Of a stretch of 31,884 bases of DNA, positions 19,001 to 25,759 are shown piece after piece (the stretch's first letter is position 1; each line of letters begins with the position of its first letter). The DNA is from Clostridia bacterium (GTDB lineage Bacteria; Bacillota; Clostridia; Oscillospirales; CAG-272): assembly GCA_017453085.1 (NCBI GenBank), contig JAFTKV010000045.1, positions 1 through 31,884 of the forward strand, in the 5' to 3' direction. Both the position numbers and the translations under genes were made by a program. The notes below the pieces were generated by a model. The model saw nothing but the letters and a program-made list of their open reading frames with translations. It was not told the DNA's origin and did not search any database.

Positions 19001-19972
19001 CTCCTCCACCTTGGCCTTGGCATAGGATGCGGTCAGCTGAGTCAGGAAGCCGATGGTATCGTTGGTATAGGAGCCGTCACCGATGTTGGAGCTACCAAAG
19101 GAAGTATTGCCCCACCAATCTGTATTGCCGGCAAAATCGTCCGTAGCAACGGTAGGTGCGCCGTCGCTCATCAGAACCATAATGGGCATCCGCTTGGTAC
19201 CGGACTGGAAGCCCTCCCCTTCAATAGTGGTATCCTCCACCGCCAGCAACTCTTCCATCGCCTGCCAGATACCGTTCTGGATGTAAGTACCGCCGACCAC
19301 CGTCTTGTAGCTCTGCTCCATCGTAGTAGAGCCGTTGGACACACGGGAGTTTACTCGGATCGTTTCATTGCCGCCGGAACCGCCCTTCACCAGGAAGGTG
19401 TTCGTAGAATGGGTGTATCTGCCCAAAGGAAGCAGCACGGTTGCAGAGGAGGCGGTTGCAGCCTGATTGGTGGAGGTGTTACCCGAATACAGAACCACGC
19501 CCACGCGGTTATAACGGTTGGTGGCCTGCAGCTCCTTAATCGCATCGTTGGCAGCGGAAACCAGCTCGTCTACTGCGTCGTTGTGTTCCCTGTTCATAGA
19601 GCCGGACACGTCCAGCACCAGCATCGTATCGGTGGGAATATGGGAGTAGCCCAAGATCGATTTGTTGGATGCGATCGCCGACAACGCAACCAGGAAGTTG
19701 CTCTCGGGATTGTCCATGGTGATCAACCCGCCGAATGCGGATGCGTCGGTAAAGACCGATTTATCGGTCCAGATACCGCCTGCATTGGAGGTGTTCAGTA
19801 CCCGAGAGCCGAAATACTGCTTCCAGTGATCCATAGTGGAAGGATCCGCTACCCGGCTTTGGGTGGTGGGTGCAATCGAAGACAGACCCAGTACGGGAAT
19901 GGCAACGATCAGCATCGCCATGGCCAGAAAACCAGCCAATATTCTGTGTCTGAGCTTAATTCTCTGTTTCAT
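10043..19972 (-). CDS. Giant sortase-anchored VWA adhesin with tandem Spy0128/FctA-type isopeptide Ig-like domains (3309 aa)
   Basis: Signal peptide; VWA MIDAS motif DVSGS (19598-19612) with GGT and SDG; two CnaB-like domains; 17 Spy0128-like domains; VPQTG (10142-10156) plus a hydrophobic stretch and RRRRK tail. Confidence 0.93.
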   Translation of the reverse strand: MKQRIKLRHRILAGFLAMAMLIVAIPVLGLSSIAPTTQSRVADPSTMDHWKQYFGSRVLNTSNAGGIWTDKSVFTDASAFGGLITMDNPESNFLVALSAIASNKSILGYSHIPTDTMLVLDVSGSMNREHNDAVDELVSAANDAIKELQATNRYNRVGVVLYSGNTSTNQAATASSATVLLPLGRYTHSTNTFLVKGGSGGNETIRVNSRVSNGSTTMEQSYKTVVGGTYIQNGIWQAMEELLAVEDTTIEGEGFQSGTKRMPIMVLMSDGAPTVATDDFAGNTDWWGNTSFGSSNIGDGSYTNDTIGFLTQLTASYAKAKVEEHYDNNALFYTLGFGVGSDEVAVSVLNPAKSTDGINSDWEAYLNLSEGEYLVLSGSGKNTRSVALNEYAKEQLYVDQYFAASTTSELEKVFDTIIQQIILQSLYYPTLVNTTTTADGYIQFIDDIGDYMEVKSIKGIVLGDTLFSGELLAANFQEGGGSLGTVTNPNALGDEMVWSVVERLGINQMDQYDTYEKQVAEARALINLAYQHGQLSYTPATDTTPAQFSNYIGWYADANGTYMGFWDPSHSIDDVPEGAFYVTKSYGMLGAVKDGYRESDMMHISIQVRTELVTGHSEVIWKIPASLVPVVTYNVSLTGESLDNPGDITVEIDDADPIRLVFEVGLRFDITALNIAEKLGEANRNEDGTYTFYTNAWSQSAHDDETLLPSEAINTVAFFEPSEENERYYYNENTTVYQLVDGEYVKYDGSNKPSGDSFYRQVNVFRITDAETGKAVLDTTYEPVTAQAQAEALRNEEGVWYVPMGTVRRTTADIEEAKSANPTGTLPHAFCLGIEQHLDSDLSDGDDSYYYADTIMGNNGKLTVSPATGIVISKVVDDTVTNADAVFTFNVESKDVTDGLYLAIYEAANGSQAQGIVTFTDGVSDDILLKAGQSVYIIGLAAGDYTVTEDVAGDYKIKSINGEAVGDATGTTVTVADNALVGVVFENTVKSNGNVILSKTVEHPFGSSYEVPANLVFEFELTITDAAGNPRAGATYHTATGSVIVTDGNGRATVKLHAGQSIRISDLKETDIVIAREVNLPEGFTAKETLLSATVSSDTNRVLAFVNTYEPEKVDPVNVTVTGTKELVGRVWLDSDRFTFELQRYDPTAAAWNRVGEAQTVTKTDPAFDFTAAFGSESYTEIGTYHYRIAEVYDANNAIGGVTYDLTYRYISVNVTDTDMDGQLEIDKISSPGLVTVTYDDEANTWEADTSFTNRYAPAGSAGITVSIQKVVESLNGAEISLAGFEFGLFEGDNLLGDTVLTAADGTAQIKLVYNAPDCGNTYTYILREIPGDIPGMTYTDTVYIIEVTVVDNLDGTIGAVVYTANADATVPDNAGDAYHATFTNTYDLTNATVTIEGNKVLSGRPLIVGGFAFNLYKTDNTFAIDGLTPVDTVVNKSNGTFSFAPLTFDSVGTYYYVVTESQGSLGGITYDDTVYRVTVMVSDNGDGTLATRTIITNGDGTTAPIVFVNVYDAEDADVSLSGTKTLSGRDLAAGEFSFSLYETDSSFSISGLSAIETVQNGADGKFGFTDLTFTAAGTYYYVVVEDKGNLGGVAYDATVYHITVTVTDDGAGALHAAVAMTNGAGVAKSAIAFANGYTTEGTTVTLSGTKTLSGRDLAVREFAFLLYQTDSTYAVSGDPIQTVRNAADGKFSFTALSFDREGTYYYVVAESKGTLGGITYDDTVYRVTVTVTDNGVGRLIASVAVTDARGEDADIAFRNEYAAEDATVTLSGTKTLNGRDLSAGEFSFDLYQTGATFSISGLSALETVTNGANGKFSFSALRFDRVGTYYYVVAERAGSLGGVTYDSVIYRVTVTVTDNGHGQLVADVAIENENGTSVSAISFTNVYSTNDTTASVSGNKVLSGRPLKAGEFYFDLYQTAESFSITGLTAIQTKQNTAGGHFIFDPISFTAAGTYHFVVAERAGNLGGVTYDGATFRVTVTVTDNGAGELVASVAYADASGKTVDAITFRNTYTARPATVSVSGNKLLGGRELKDAEFTFGLYQTDAGFSAANAVLVDHAQNAMDGTFRFDAVTYSAAGTYYYIVAEEKGDVGGVTYDSTVYHVTVTVTDNGAGSLVAVTSISNAQGSAVQSIRFNNSYTAEPTSILFEGMKVLLGKNIAANEFSFELYRYAGGFGGTKTLLQTVKNGEDGAFVFAAESFDKAGVYYFEIAEKKGNLGGVTYDGNYYRITVTVEDDGKGALRVTKQVAVDANGTTATAITFVNEYTAKPTYAVLSGTKVLTGRDLVAGEFYFELYQTGADFVSGKALLQTKQNGADGKFAFDSISYDAAGTYYYVISEKAGSLGGVTYDGATFRVTVTVTDDGMGQLHAAVSAVNAQGTAVAAIRFNNRYSTDSAQTVIGGHKTLNGRTLYESEFEFNLYSTGAGFAISGDPIQITHNTADGSFAFHPITYSAAGTYYYVVTETKGVLGGVSYDAAAYRITVTVRDNGEGKLVATQSVTDVSGNAVSAITFENSYTAQPTTAILSGLKTLNGRDLSAGEFFFLLYQTDNGFTVSGDALQIKSNAANGAFAFDALSFDTVGTYYFLVAEQAGELGGVTYDSTVYRVVVTVTDNLQGQLVASVKITLADGTSRDTIRFTNTYTAKSTEVIFTGEKTLIGRALAAGEFGFELYETGLHFAITGDPIRTQQNAADGSFTFDAVTFASAGTYYFAVVEKAGKLGGVTYDDAIYHITVTVRDNGKGQLIASTAITDEAGNAAESISFVNEYTAESTTVDLSGNKILTGRVLLAGEFSFMLYETDESFAIDGLTAIETKQNGADGAFRFSALKFDRVGTYYYAVAEQAGKLGGVTYDSTIYRITVTVTDNGEGKLIASTSISNGNTAVETIGFTNLYAPDSASLNISGNKVLEGRPLKADEFTFALYQTDEHFTVSGDALQIKLNTAGGSFVFDAITYDVAGIYYYAILEQAGDLGGVTYDSTVYHVTVRVTDNGKGDLIAAIESISKDNETVESVTFTNTYSTEGTVITLGGTKILAGRALAAGEFSFRLFAANEQFETVGEAVTATNAADGSFTFANVEVGSAGTYRFVITEVAGDLERITYDPTVYHVTVTVEDDGAGSLQVTDTVITKAGGTDAVSAVTFVNTYTPKPADITVDLNVEKTMENLGNVTMSPEGFEFLLQNAAGGDPISVITDAMGHASITLTFSEDDIGKTYTYLLSEVKGNIEYMTYSDAVYTITVTVSLDEITNTLVAELAVNGADTDAVVAEFVNTYDYEEVPQTGDSLMLWMGLVAISCGAILTMGVRRRRKLRAED
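10169..16630 (-). repeat. Intragenic tandem array of 17 ~125-aa domains; 14 homogeneous core units at 10547-15811 (period about 376 nt)
   Basis: Recurrent GxKxLxGRxLxAGEF...GTYYYxxxE...GGVTYD...VTVTVTDNG...FxNxY. At DNA level, GTAGGTCACGCCGCCCA or a close variant recurs in most units. Confidence 0.95.
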
Positions 19973-20312
19973 TGTTCATCGTCCTTTCTGTTTGTGCGGC
20001 GTGTAAGTTCATCATACGCTTTTGTCGGTGTTCGTTCTTGCAGATCCCGATCAGATCTCCGGGATGCTCCTTCAGGTAAAACCAACAAGAACCGCAATCC
20101 AGGCATTGTCGTGCTTCCTCAAAATGATTGATCCCGTGAATGCAGGCATCCTGCATCGCATTGACCCACGGCCGTCCTTTTGGTGTATATCTGGGCGTTT
20201 CTTCAAAATCCGGATAATCTCCGAAATGGATTCCCAACGTATCGTCGTATCGGAATACCACCTCCAGCACGTCTCCGTCAAACGAGAAACTGCGCACTAT
20301 CGTTTTCGGCAC
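19956..20312 (-). CDS. Small Cys-rich hypothetical protein (118 aa) overlapping the adhesin start
   Basis: GTG start with GGAGG RBS; five Cys (DAC...CLDCGSC...GIC); 17-nt overlap with the adhesin gene. Confidence 0.8.
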   Translation of the reverse strand: MPKTIVRSFSFDGDVLEVVFRYDDTLGIHFGDYPDFEETPRYTPKGRPWVNAMQDACIHGINHFEEARQCLDCGSCWFYLKEHPGDLIGICKNEHRQKRMMNLHAAQTERTMNNETEN

Positions 20313-20342
20313 ACGATCGCCTCCTTACTATTCATCGTTTGT

Positions 20343-20371
20343 ATTATACCAAACCTCATTCCCTTTGTAAA
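20343..20371 (-). promoter_or_regulatory. Sigma-A promoter of the Cys-rich gene/adhesin operon
   Basis: TTTACA-N17-TATAAT with TGn extension. Confidence 0.8.
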
Positions 20372-20479
20372 TGTACGTTTGAACGAAATAAAGTGCAATT
20401 TTTCTTCCTATTAAACCACCATTTTGGTAGGCTTTTGGCGAAATTGGATTAATAATACTGTATTTTTACCTTTTTTCTC

Positions 20480-20505
20480 CCGTTCGCGTTCGCGAACGCG
20501 AACGG
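20480..20505. repeat. Perfect 26-bp palindrome built from hexamer repeats
   Basis: CCGTTCGCGTTCGCGAACGCGAACGG = C(CGTTCG)2(CGAACG)2G; self-reverse-complementary. Confidence 0.9.
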
Positions 20506-20523
20506 AACGAACTGTTCGCAAAC

Positions 20524-20559
20524 AAAAAACCTATCCAAGTGAGACTTCACTTGGATAGG
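20524..20559 (-). terminator. Intrinsic terminator of the ABC cluster
   Basis: CCTATCCAAGTGA/TCACTTGGATAGG 13-bp stem followed by TTTTTT on the minus strand. Confidence 0.85.
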
Positions 20560-20572
20560 CATTTAGTAAGAT

Positions 20573-21430
20573 TTATATCAATGCAGCCTTTCGCAGGATC
20601 AATCTGCTGAACGTACCCAGCCCAATGGCAAACAACGCTCCGCCTGCACCGCAGAGAAGGAGGTTCAGCAGGGTGGAATTCAGCGGCGTGATCATTCCCA
20701 CCATCATAAAGAGCAGCATTCCTGCACCCAACGAGCCGCAAATGGACAGCCACGCTCTCTGCTTTGCCGCCACGCTGACGATCACAAAGATCGAAACGAA
20801 TACTAGCATCAGGAATATCTTCGCCAGCATACACAGGACGATGTTGATGACGGTCAGACCGCCCACCAATGCGAAGGACAGACCCGATACCGCGCCACCC
20901 AGCAGTGCGCCCGCAAAATAAGCGATCAGGAGCAGCGCACCGCAAACGAAGCCCGCGATGGTCTTGGAGATCACGTAATTTCCCTTTTTCGCGCGGACGG
21001 TGAAGAGATTTTTGGAAAATCCGCTTCGAAAATCGTCCGAAATGAACAGGCAAACAAACACCGCCGCCAGCATGAACATCATGTTGATGTTACACATAGC
21101 CATCACGTCCATTCCGCCCATGGCACCCATTCCACCCATAGCAGCGTCTCCCCGCTGCTCGGGTGCAGGCTCGTCGGAGGGGAGCGTACCAATGGATTCC
21201 CACACGCTCTCGGGGCCTTCCATAATGGTGATCTCTCCGGTCTGAGGATTCTTCGATTCGGTGCCGTCCATCATAGTCAGCATCACCGTCATGATCACGG
21301 GGATCAGCAGTGCACAGGCGATCAGGATGTAAAACAGCTTGGATTTGCGCATTCTGCGAAAATCCACCTTCAGCATAGTGCCAAGGCCCTTACCGAAGCT
21401 TTGGTTTTCGAATTTCACCGTATGTTCCAC
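20573..21430 (-). CDS. ABC-2 type transporter permease, module B
   Basis: N-terminal TM, extracellular loop, then about five TM helices; DDFRSGFSKNLF motif. GTG start with GGAGGGG RBS, coupled to the ATPase stop. Confidence 0.88.
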   Translation of the reverse strand: MEHTVKFENQSFGKGLGTMLKVDFRRMRKSKLFYILIACALLIPVIMTVMLTMMDGTESKNPQTGEITIMEGPESVWESIGTLPSDEPAPEQRGDAAMGGMGAMGGMDVMAMCNINMMFMLAAVFVCLFISDDFRSGFSKNLFTVRAKKGNYVISKTIAGFVCGALLLIAYFAGALLGGAVSGLSFALVGGLTVINIVLCMLAKIFLMLVFVSIFVIVSVAAKQRAWLSICGSLGAGMLLFMMVGMITPLNSTLLNLLLCGAGGALFAIGLGTFSRLILRKAALI

Positions 21431-21431
21431 C

Positions 21432-22331
21432 TTATTTCCCCTCCTTCATCAGATCAATATAGTACTCTTCCAGACCGATCTTGTCGGTTCGGATCTCACT
21501 TACGCAGATGCCGTTATCATAAAGATAGACAACGATCTCCTCGGGCGTGACCCCGTCGTAGACCCGCAGATAGCCTGCCTCGTCCTCCTCCACGCGGGAG
21601 TATTTACAGCAAAGCAGTGCCTTGGTTCTGCTCATCTCTCCGCTTTGCAAAGCAGTAAAGGTACGGCAATCCGCATCCAGCTCTGCCGCGGTCATTTCAC
21701 GGATCATCTTGCCGTGACGGATAATGCCGTAGTGGGTCGCCACCTTCTGCAGCTCACCCAAAAGGTGAGAGGACACCACGATGCTGCGGGTTCCGTCCTT
21801 CACCACATCGGTGAACACCTCCCGCATGATCCGCATACCGTCGGCATCCAGACCGTTCAGCGGCTCGTCCAGCACCAGCAGAGTAGGCGCGCCCAGCAGT
21901 GCCATGGCAATGCCGACTCTCTGCTTCATACCCAGCGAGCAGTTTTTGTACTTGTTCCCTGCTGCGCCCTCCCTGCGAACGGTTTTCAGCACGCGGATCA
22001 CTTCTATTTCCGCATCCCGAATCCCCAGATTCGCCGCCTGCAGCATCAGATTATCCCATACCGTCAGCCCGGGGAAGCACCCGGGGGTTTCGATCAGCAC
22101 GCCCACCTTTGCTCGCACGTCCGGATCGGTGTGATCCTTTCCGTACAGCCGGATAGTACCGTCGCTTTTGGGGATCAGACCGCAGATCATCTTCTCGGTG
22201 GTAGATTTTCCTGAGCCGTTCTCGCCGATAAAGCCGTAGATCGCGCCCAGGGGAACGGTCATATTCAGTCCGCAAACCGCCTGCTTCTGGCCGAAGTTTT
22301 TGGACAGATTTTTGATTTCAATTGCGTTCAT
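21432..22331 (-). CDS. ABC transporter ATP-binding protein (BcrA-like), module B
   Basis: Walker A GENGSGKST, signature CSLGMKQR, Walker B LVLDEP, H-loop SSH. GGAG RBS before the ATG at 22331. Confidence 0.93.
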   Translation of the reverse strand: MNAIEIKNLSKNFGQKQAVCGLNMTVPLGAIYGFIGENGSGKSTTEKMICGLIPKSDGTIRLYGKDHTDPDVRAKVGVLIETPGCFPGLTVWDNLMLQAANLGIRDAEIEVIRVLKTVRREGAAGNKYKNCSLGMKQRVGIAMALLGAPTLLVLDEPLNGLDADGMRIMREVFTDVVKDGTRSIVVSSHLLGELQKVATHYGIIRHGKMIREMTAAELDADCRTFTALQSGEMSRTKALLCCKYSRVEEDEAGYLRVYDGVTPEEIVVYLYDNGICVSEIRTDKIGLEEYYIDLMKEGK

Positions 22332-22354
22332 CAGATTCGTCTCCTTCCGATCCA

Positions 22355-23194
22355 TCAATATACGTCGCTCTTGTAGAGCAGCCGCGTGCCCAGCAGATTA
22401 TAGACCAGCGTCCAACCGAGGGATACGCCGATGCAGATCAGCAGCGTCCAGATGTTGCTTGCAAGGCAGGCGTTGACCGACGAGCCGTACAGGAACAGGT
22501 TCAGGAAGGAGGCGGGGAGTGACAGATTCTCCACTACAGCCGCCGCACCGATGATCAGGATGCCCGTGCCAAAGAAGAAGGACGATGCGATGGAGATACC
22601 GAAATACCGTCTGAAAATGATATTCAGGAAGGTGTACAGGCTCGCCCATCCAAGGCTCATCACGATCTTGCCCAGAATGGCGATCAGCAGAGAGCCCACG
22701 TTCACATCAGTCTCGTAGCCCACCAGCAGTCCGGCCGCCGTGCCGCCGATCAGATAGGAGATGCACATGCACGCCATTGCAAATGCGCAGACTACGGTCT
22801 TGGACATCATATAGTCCTGCTTCTTGGCGTGGGTGGTAAACAGCTGCTTCACGTACCCCGATTTATAATCGTGACCGATAAAGATCGACACCATAATGCC
22901 GCCAAAGATGAAGACCATGTTCATATTGGCATAGTCGGCGATGCTCTTGATCACGTAGAGCGGCTCGGAGGCGGCAACGATCTGCCACACGTTGGAGTAG
23001 AGCGGCTCCATGGTGTTGCCCTCGGGATCGGGCATCATTGTCATTGCAGACACCATTGCGGGAATGATCGCCGAAATGGCCAGAAAAATGTAAAATACGG
23101 GAGTGTGGAACAGACGGTAGAAGTCCACGCCCAGCATACCGCGAATCCGCTCCGCAAAGGTGGGAGAGCGAAATTTCAGATCGTTTTTCATCAT
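22355..23194 (-). CDS. ABC-2 type transporter permease, module A
   Basis: Multi-TM protein with HDYKSGYVKQLF motif; ATGA overlap with the ATPase stop. Paralog of 20573-21430. Confidence 0.88.
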   Translation of the reverse strand: MMKNDLKFRSPTFAERIRGMLGVDFYRLFHTPVFYIFLAISAIIPAMVSAMTMMPDPEGNTMEPLYSNVWQIVAASEPLYVIKSIADYANMNMVFIFGGIMVSIFIGHDYKSGYVKQLFTTHAKKQDYMMSKTVVCAFAMACMCISYLIGGTAAGLLVGYETDVNVGSLLIAILGKIVMSLGWASLYTFLNIIFRRYFGISIASSFFFGTGILIIGAAAVVENLSLPASFLNLFLYGSSVNACLASNIWTLLICIGVSLGWTLVYNLLGTRLLYKSDVY

Positions 23195-24093
23195 TCATCC
23201 TCCTTCTGCGACATCAGCTCCACGTAATATTCCTCTAGTCCGATCTTGTTCTTTTGGATCTCGCTGACCGCATGACCGTTTTTCATCAGATAATCTACAA
23301 CAGACGCCGTGTCGTCCACGTCGTATACCCGCAAATAGCCGTCCTCTTCCCGAACGCCGGGATATTTTGCCGAAAGGGCAGCTTTCGCTCCTTCCGTATC
23401 GCGTGTCTTCAACGACACGAAGACCTGCGCACGGTTGTCCATCTCCCGAGCGGACAGCTCCATGATCATCTTACCTCGACGGATGATCCCGTAATGGGTT
23501 GCGATCTTCTCCAGCTCACCCAGGATATGGGAGGAGATCAGAACGGTGCAGCCGTAATTTTGCGTGATATCCACCAGAATCTCCCGCATGATCCGCATAC
23601 CGTCGGTATCCAGACCGTTGATCGGCTCGTCCAGGATCAGCAGAGCGGGATCGCCCAGTAGAGCCATTGCGATGCCGATACGCTGCTTCATGCCCAGCGA
23701 ACATTTTTTGAATTTCAGCGCAGCGTGCTCCTCCATCCGTACGATCTTCAGCACGCGGTGGATCTCCTCGTCTCGATTCTTCAGATTCAGATTGATGGCC
23801 TGCATCATCAAATTCTGGTAAACGCTGGAGCCCGGGAAGCAGCCTGCGTTCTCGATGAGTGCACCTACCCGCACCCGCACACCGGGTTCCGTATAGTCTC
23901 TGCCAAACAGACGGATCTCGCCGCCGTCGGGCACCAGATGGCCGCAGATCAGCTTTTCGGTGGTAGATTTGCCCGATCCGTTTTCGCCGATAAAGCCGTA
24001 GATCGCCCCCACGGGGACGGTCATATTGAGGTGATCCACCGCGTACATCCCGCGGAAGCTTTTGGATAGACCTCTGATTTCAATAGCGTTCAT
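23191..24093 (-). CDS. ABC transporter ATP-binding protein (BcrA-like), module A
   Basis: GENGSGKST, CSLGMKQR, LILDEP, SSH. AAGGAG RBS. Confidence 0.93.
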   Translation of the reverse strand: MNAIEIRGLSKSFRGMYAVDHLNMTVPVGAIYGFIGENGSGKSTTEKLICGHLVPDGGEIRLFGRDYTEPGVRVRVGALIENAGCFPGSSVYQNLMMQAINLNLKNRDEEIHRVLKIVRMEEHAALKFKKCSLGMKQRIGIAMALLGDPALLILDEPINGLDTDGMRIMREILVDITQNYGCTVLISSHILGELEKIATHYGIIRRGKMIMELSAREMDNRAQVFVSLKTRDTEGAKAALSAKYPGVREEDGYLRVYDVDDTASVVDYLMKNGHAVSEIQKNKIGLEEYYVELMSQKEDE

Positions 24094-24122
24094 GATTTAT
24101 GTCTCCTTCATTTGTATTCTTC

Positions 24123-25700
24123 TTACAGCATCGGTGCAAAGATCCGCACCAGCGAGCGGACGATCCGCTCTCGTAGCTTTGGTCTGACGTTTTCCGGGGT
24201 AATGCGGATACATTTTCTGAGGGTTTCCACCAGATCCCGCTTCAGCGCGGCAATGGATTCGCATTTGTACATCCACACTCCGTTTTCAAAGTGATGCACC
24301 AGGCTGCGATAGTCCAGATTGATCGTTCCGATCATTGCGACCTCGTCATCGGCAAGATAGCTTTTTGCATGAATGAAGCCCGGCTCGTATTCGTAGATCT
24401 CCACACCTGCTGCCATCAAACGGGGATAGAAGCTGCGAGTCATACCGAACACCAGCTTCTTGTCCGGCACGTGAGGAGTGATGATCTTTACCTCCACCCC
24501 TCGAAGTGCGGCGTTTTCGATGGCACTGCACAGCTCGTTATCAATGATCAGGTAAGGCGTAGTCATCCAGACATAACGGGTGGCACCTGCCAACAGATTC
24601 AGGATCACGCTCTTGCCCACTCTGCGCTCGTACAGTGGGTGCGGACCGTCTCCGAAAGGGATCAGCCAGCCAGCCGTGCGAATTTCGGGCTGCTTCGGAT
24701 AAAGCTCGTAGGGAATTTCGGGCATTTTTTTGATGTTGATGCCGAAATCCACGGTAAACAGACGGGTCAGCTCCCAGACCGCCTCGCCCTCCAGACGGAT
24801 AGCGGTGTCCTTCCAATGGCCGAATTTTTCAATCTCGTTAATGTACTCGTCAGCCAGATTGATGCCGCCCGTGTAGCCCACCTTGCCGTCGATCACCAGA
24901 ATCTTACGGTGGGAGCGGTTGTTGAATTCGCTGTCGGCGTTGCCTCGCAGGAGCGAGAAGGGCGTCGCATCGATTCCACAGGAGCGGAGGATCTTGAAAT
25001 AATTCCCCGGCAGTGTCATCATACAGCCAATATCGTCATAGACAACCTTCACGTCCACGCCCGCAGTAGCTTTTCGCTTCAGTACCTCTAAAATAGAATT
25101 CCAGAATTTCCCTTCCTCGATAATGAAGTATTCCAGATAGATAAATCGCTCCGCCCGCTCCAGATCGGCAAGCAGTGCGGGGTGCATCTCCTCGCCCAGC
25201 GAGAAATAGGTTTGTTTCGTGTTGGCAAACAGCCTTGTATCGGCGATTCGGGTCAGCATTGACGCATGAGATGCCGCCGCGGGACTTACTGCTTTCAACG
25301 CATCCATCTGCACCGACAGATCCGCAGGATCTTTGGGATATGCGTATTTCTTCAGATCCTCCAGCCGTCTGACATATTTTTTCTTCAGCTTACGGGAGTA
25401 AAACATCAAATAAAGCATAAAGCCCGCTATGGGAACGACCAGCACGAACAGTAGCCACGGCACCTTATAATCGGGATTGTCATCCGAGGCAACGATGGTT
25501 ACTACACAAGCAATCTCAGTGGCAAACGCCAACAGATAAAAGTAGGGAACGAACCAGCAAAGCGCCACCACAATACCGATTACCGCCAGAATTTCCAGTA
25601 CCGTAATGAGAATCGCCAGAATAAACCGTCCGGGAATGTAATTATAATACCGCTCCACAACCCGATCGTGTTGCTTGACTTGATATTTCCGTTTCATCAC
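24123..25700 (-). CDS. cls: Cardiolipin synthase
   Basis: N-terminal TM helices and two PLD HKD motifs (HRKILVIDG...TGGINL; HAKSYLAD...IGTINLD). The start may be the ATG at 25697. Confidence 0.93.
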   Translation of the reverse strand: MMKRKYQVKQHDRVVERYYNYIPGRFILAILITVLEILAVIGIVVALCWFVPYFYLLAFATEIACVVTIVASDDNPDYKVPWLLFVLVVPIAGFMLYLMFYSRKLKKKYVRRLEDLKKYAYPKDPADLSVQMDALKAVSPAAASHASMLTRIADTRLFANTKQTYFSLGEEMHPALLADLERAERFIYLEYFIIEEGKFWNSILEVLKRKATAGVDVKVVYDDIGCMMTLPGNYFKILRSCGIDATPFSLLRGNADSEFNNRSHRKILVIDGKVGYTGGINLADEYINEIEKFGHWKDTAIRLEGEAVWELTRLFTVDFGINIKKMPEIPYELYPKQPEIRTAGWLIPFGDGPHPLYERRVGKSVILNLLAGATRYVWMTTPYLIIDNELCSAIENAALRGVEVKIITPHVPDKKLVFGMTRSFYPRLMAAGVEIYEYEPGFIHAKSYLADDEVAMIGTINLDYRSLVHHFENGVWMYKCESIAALKRDLVETLRKCIRITPENVRPKLRERIVRSLVRIFAPML

Positions 25701-25759
25701 ACTTCCCCTTCCGGCAGCTTTCGGCGGGACGCAAATCTGCGCCTCGCCGATGACTTGAT

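Noticed and set aside
20495-20518. LexA (GAAC-N4-GTTC) box
   Set aside because: Available spacings are N1 or N5, and the main palindrome has the opposite orientation (GTTC...GAAC).
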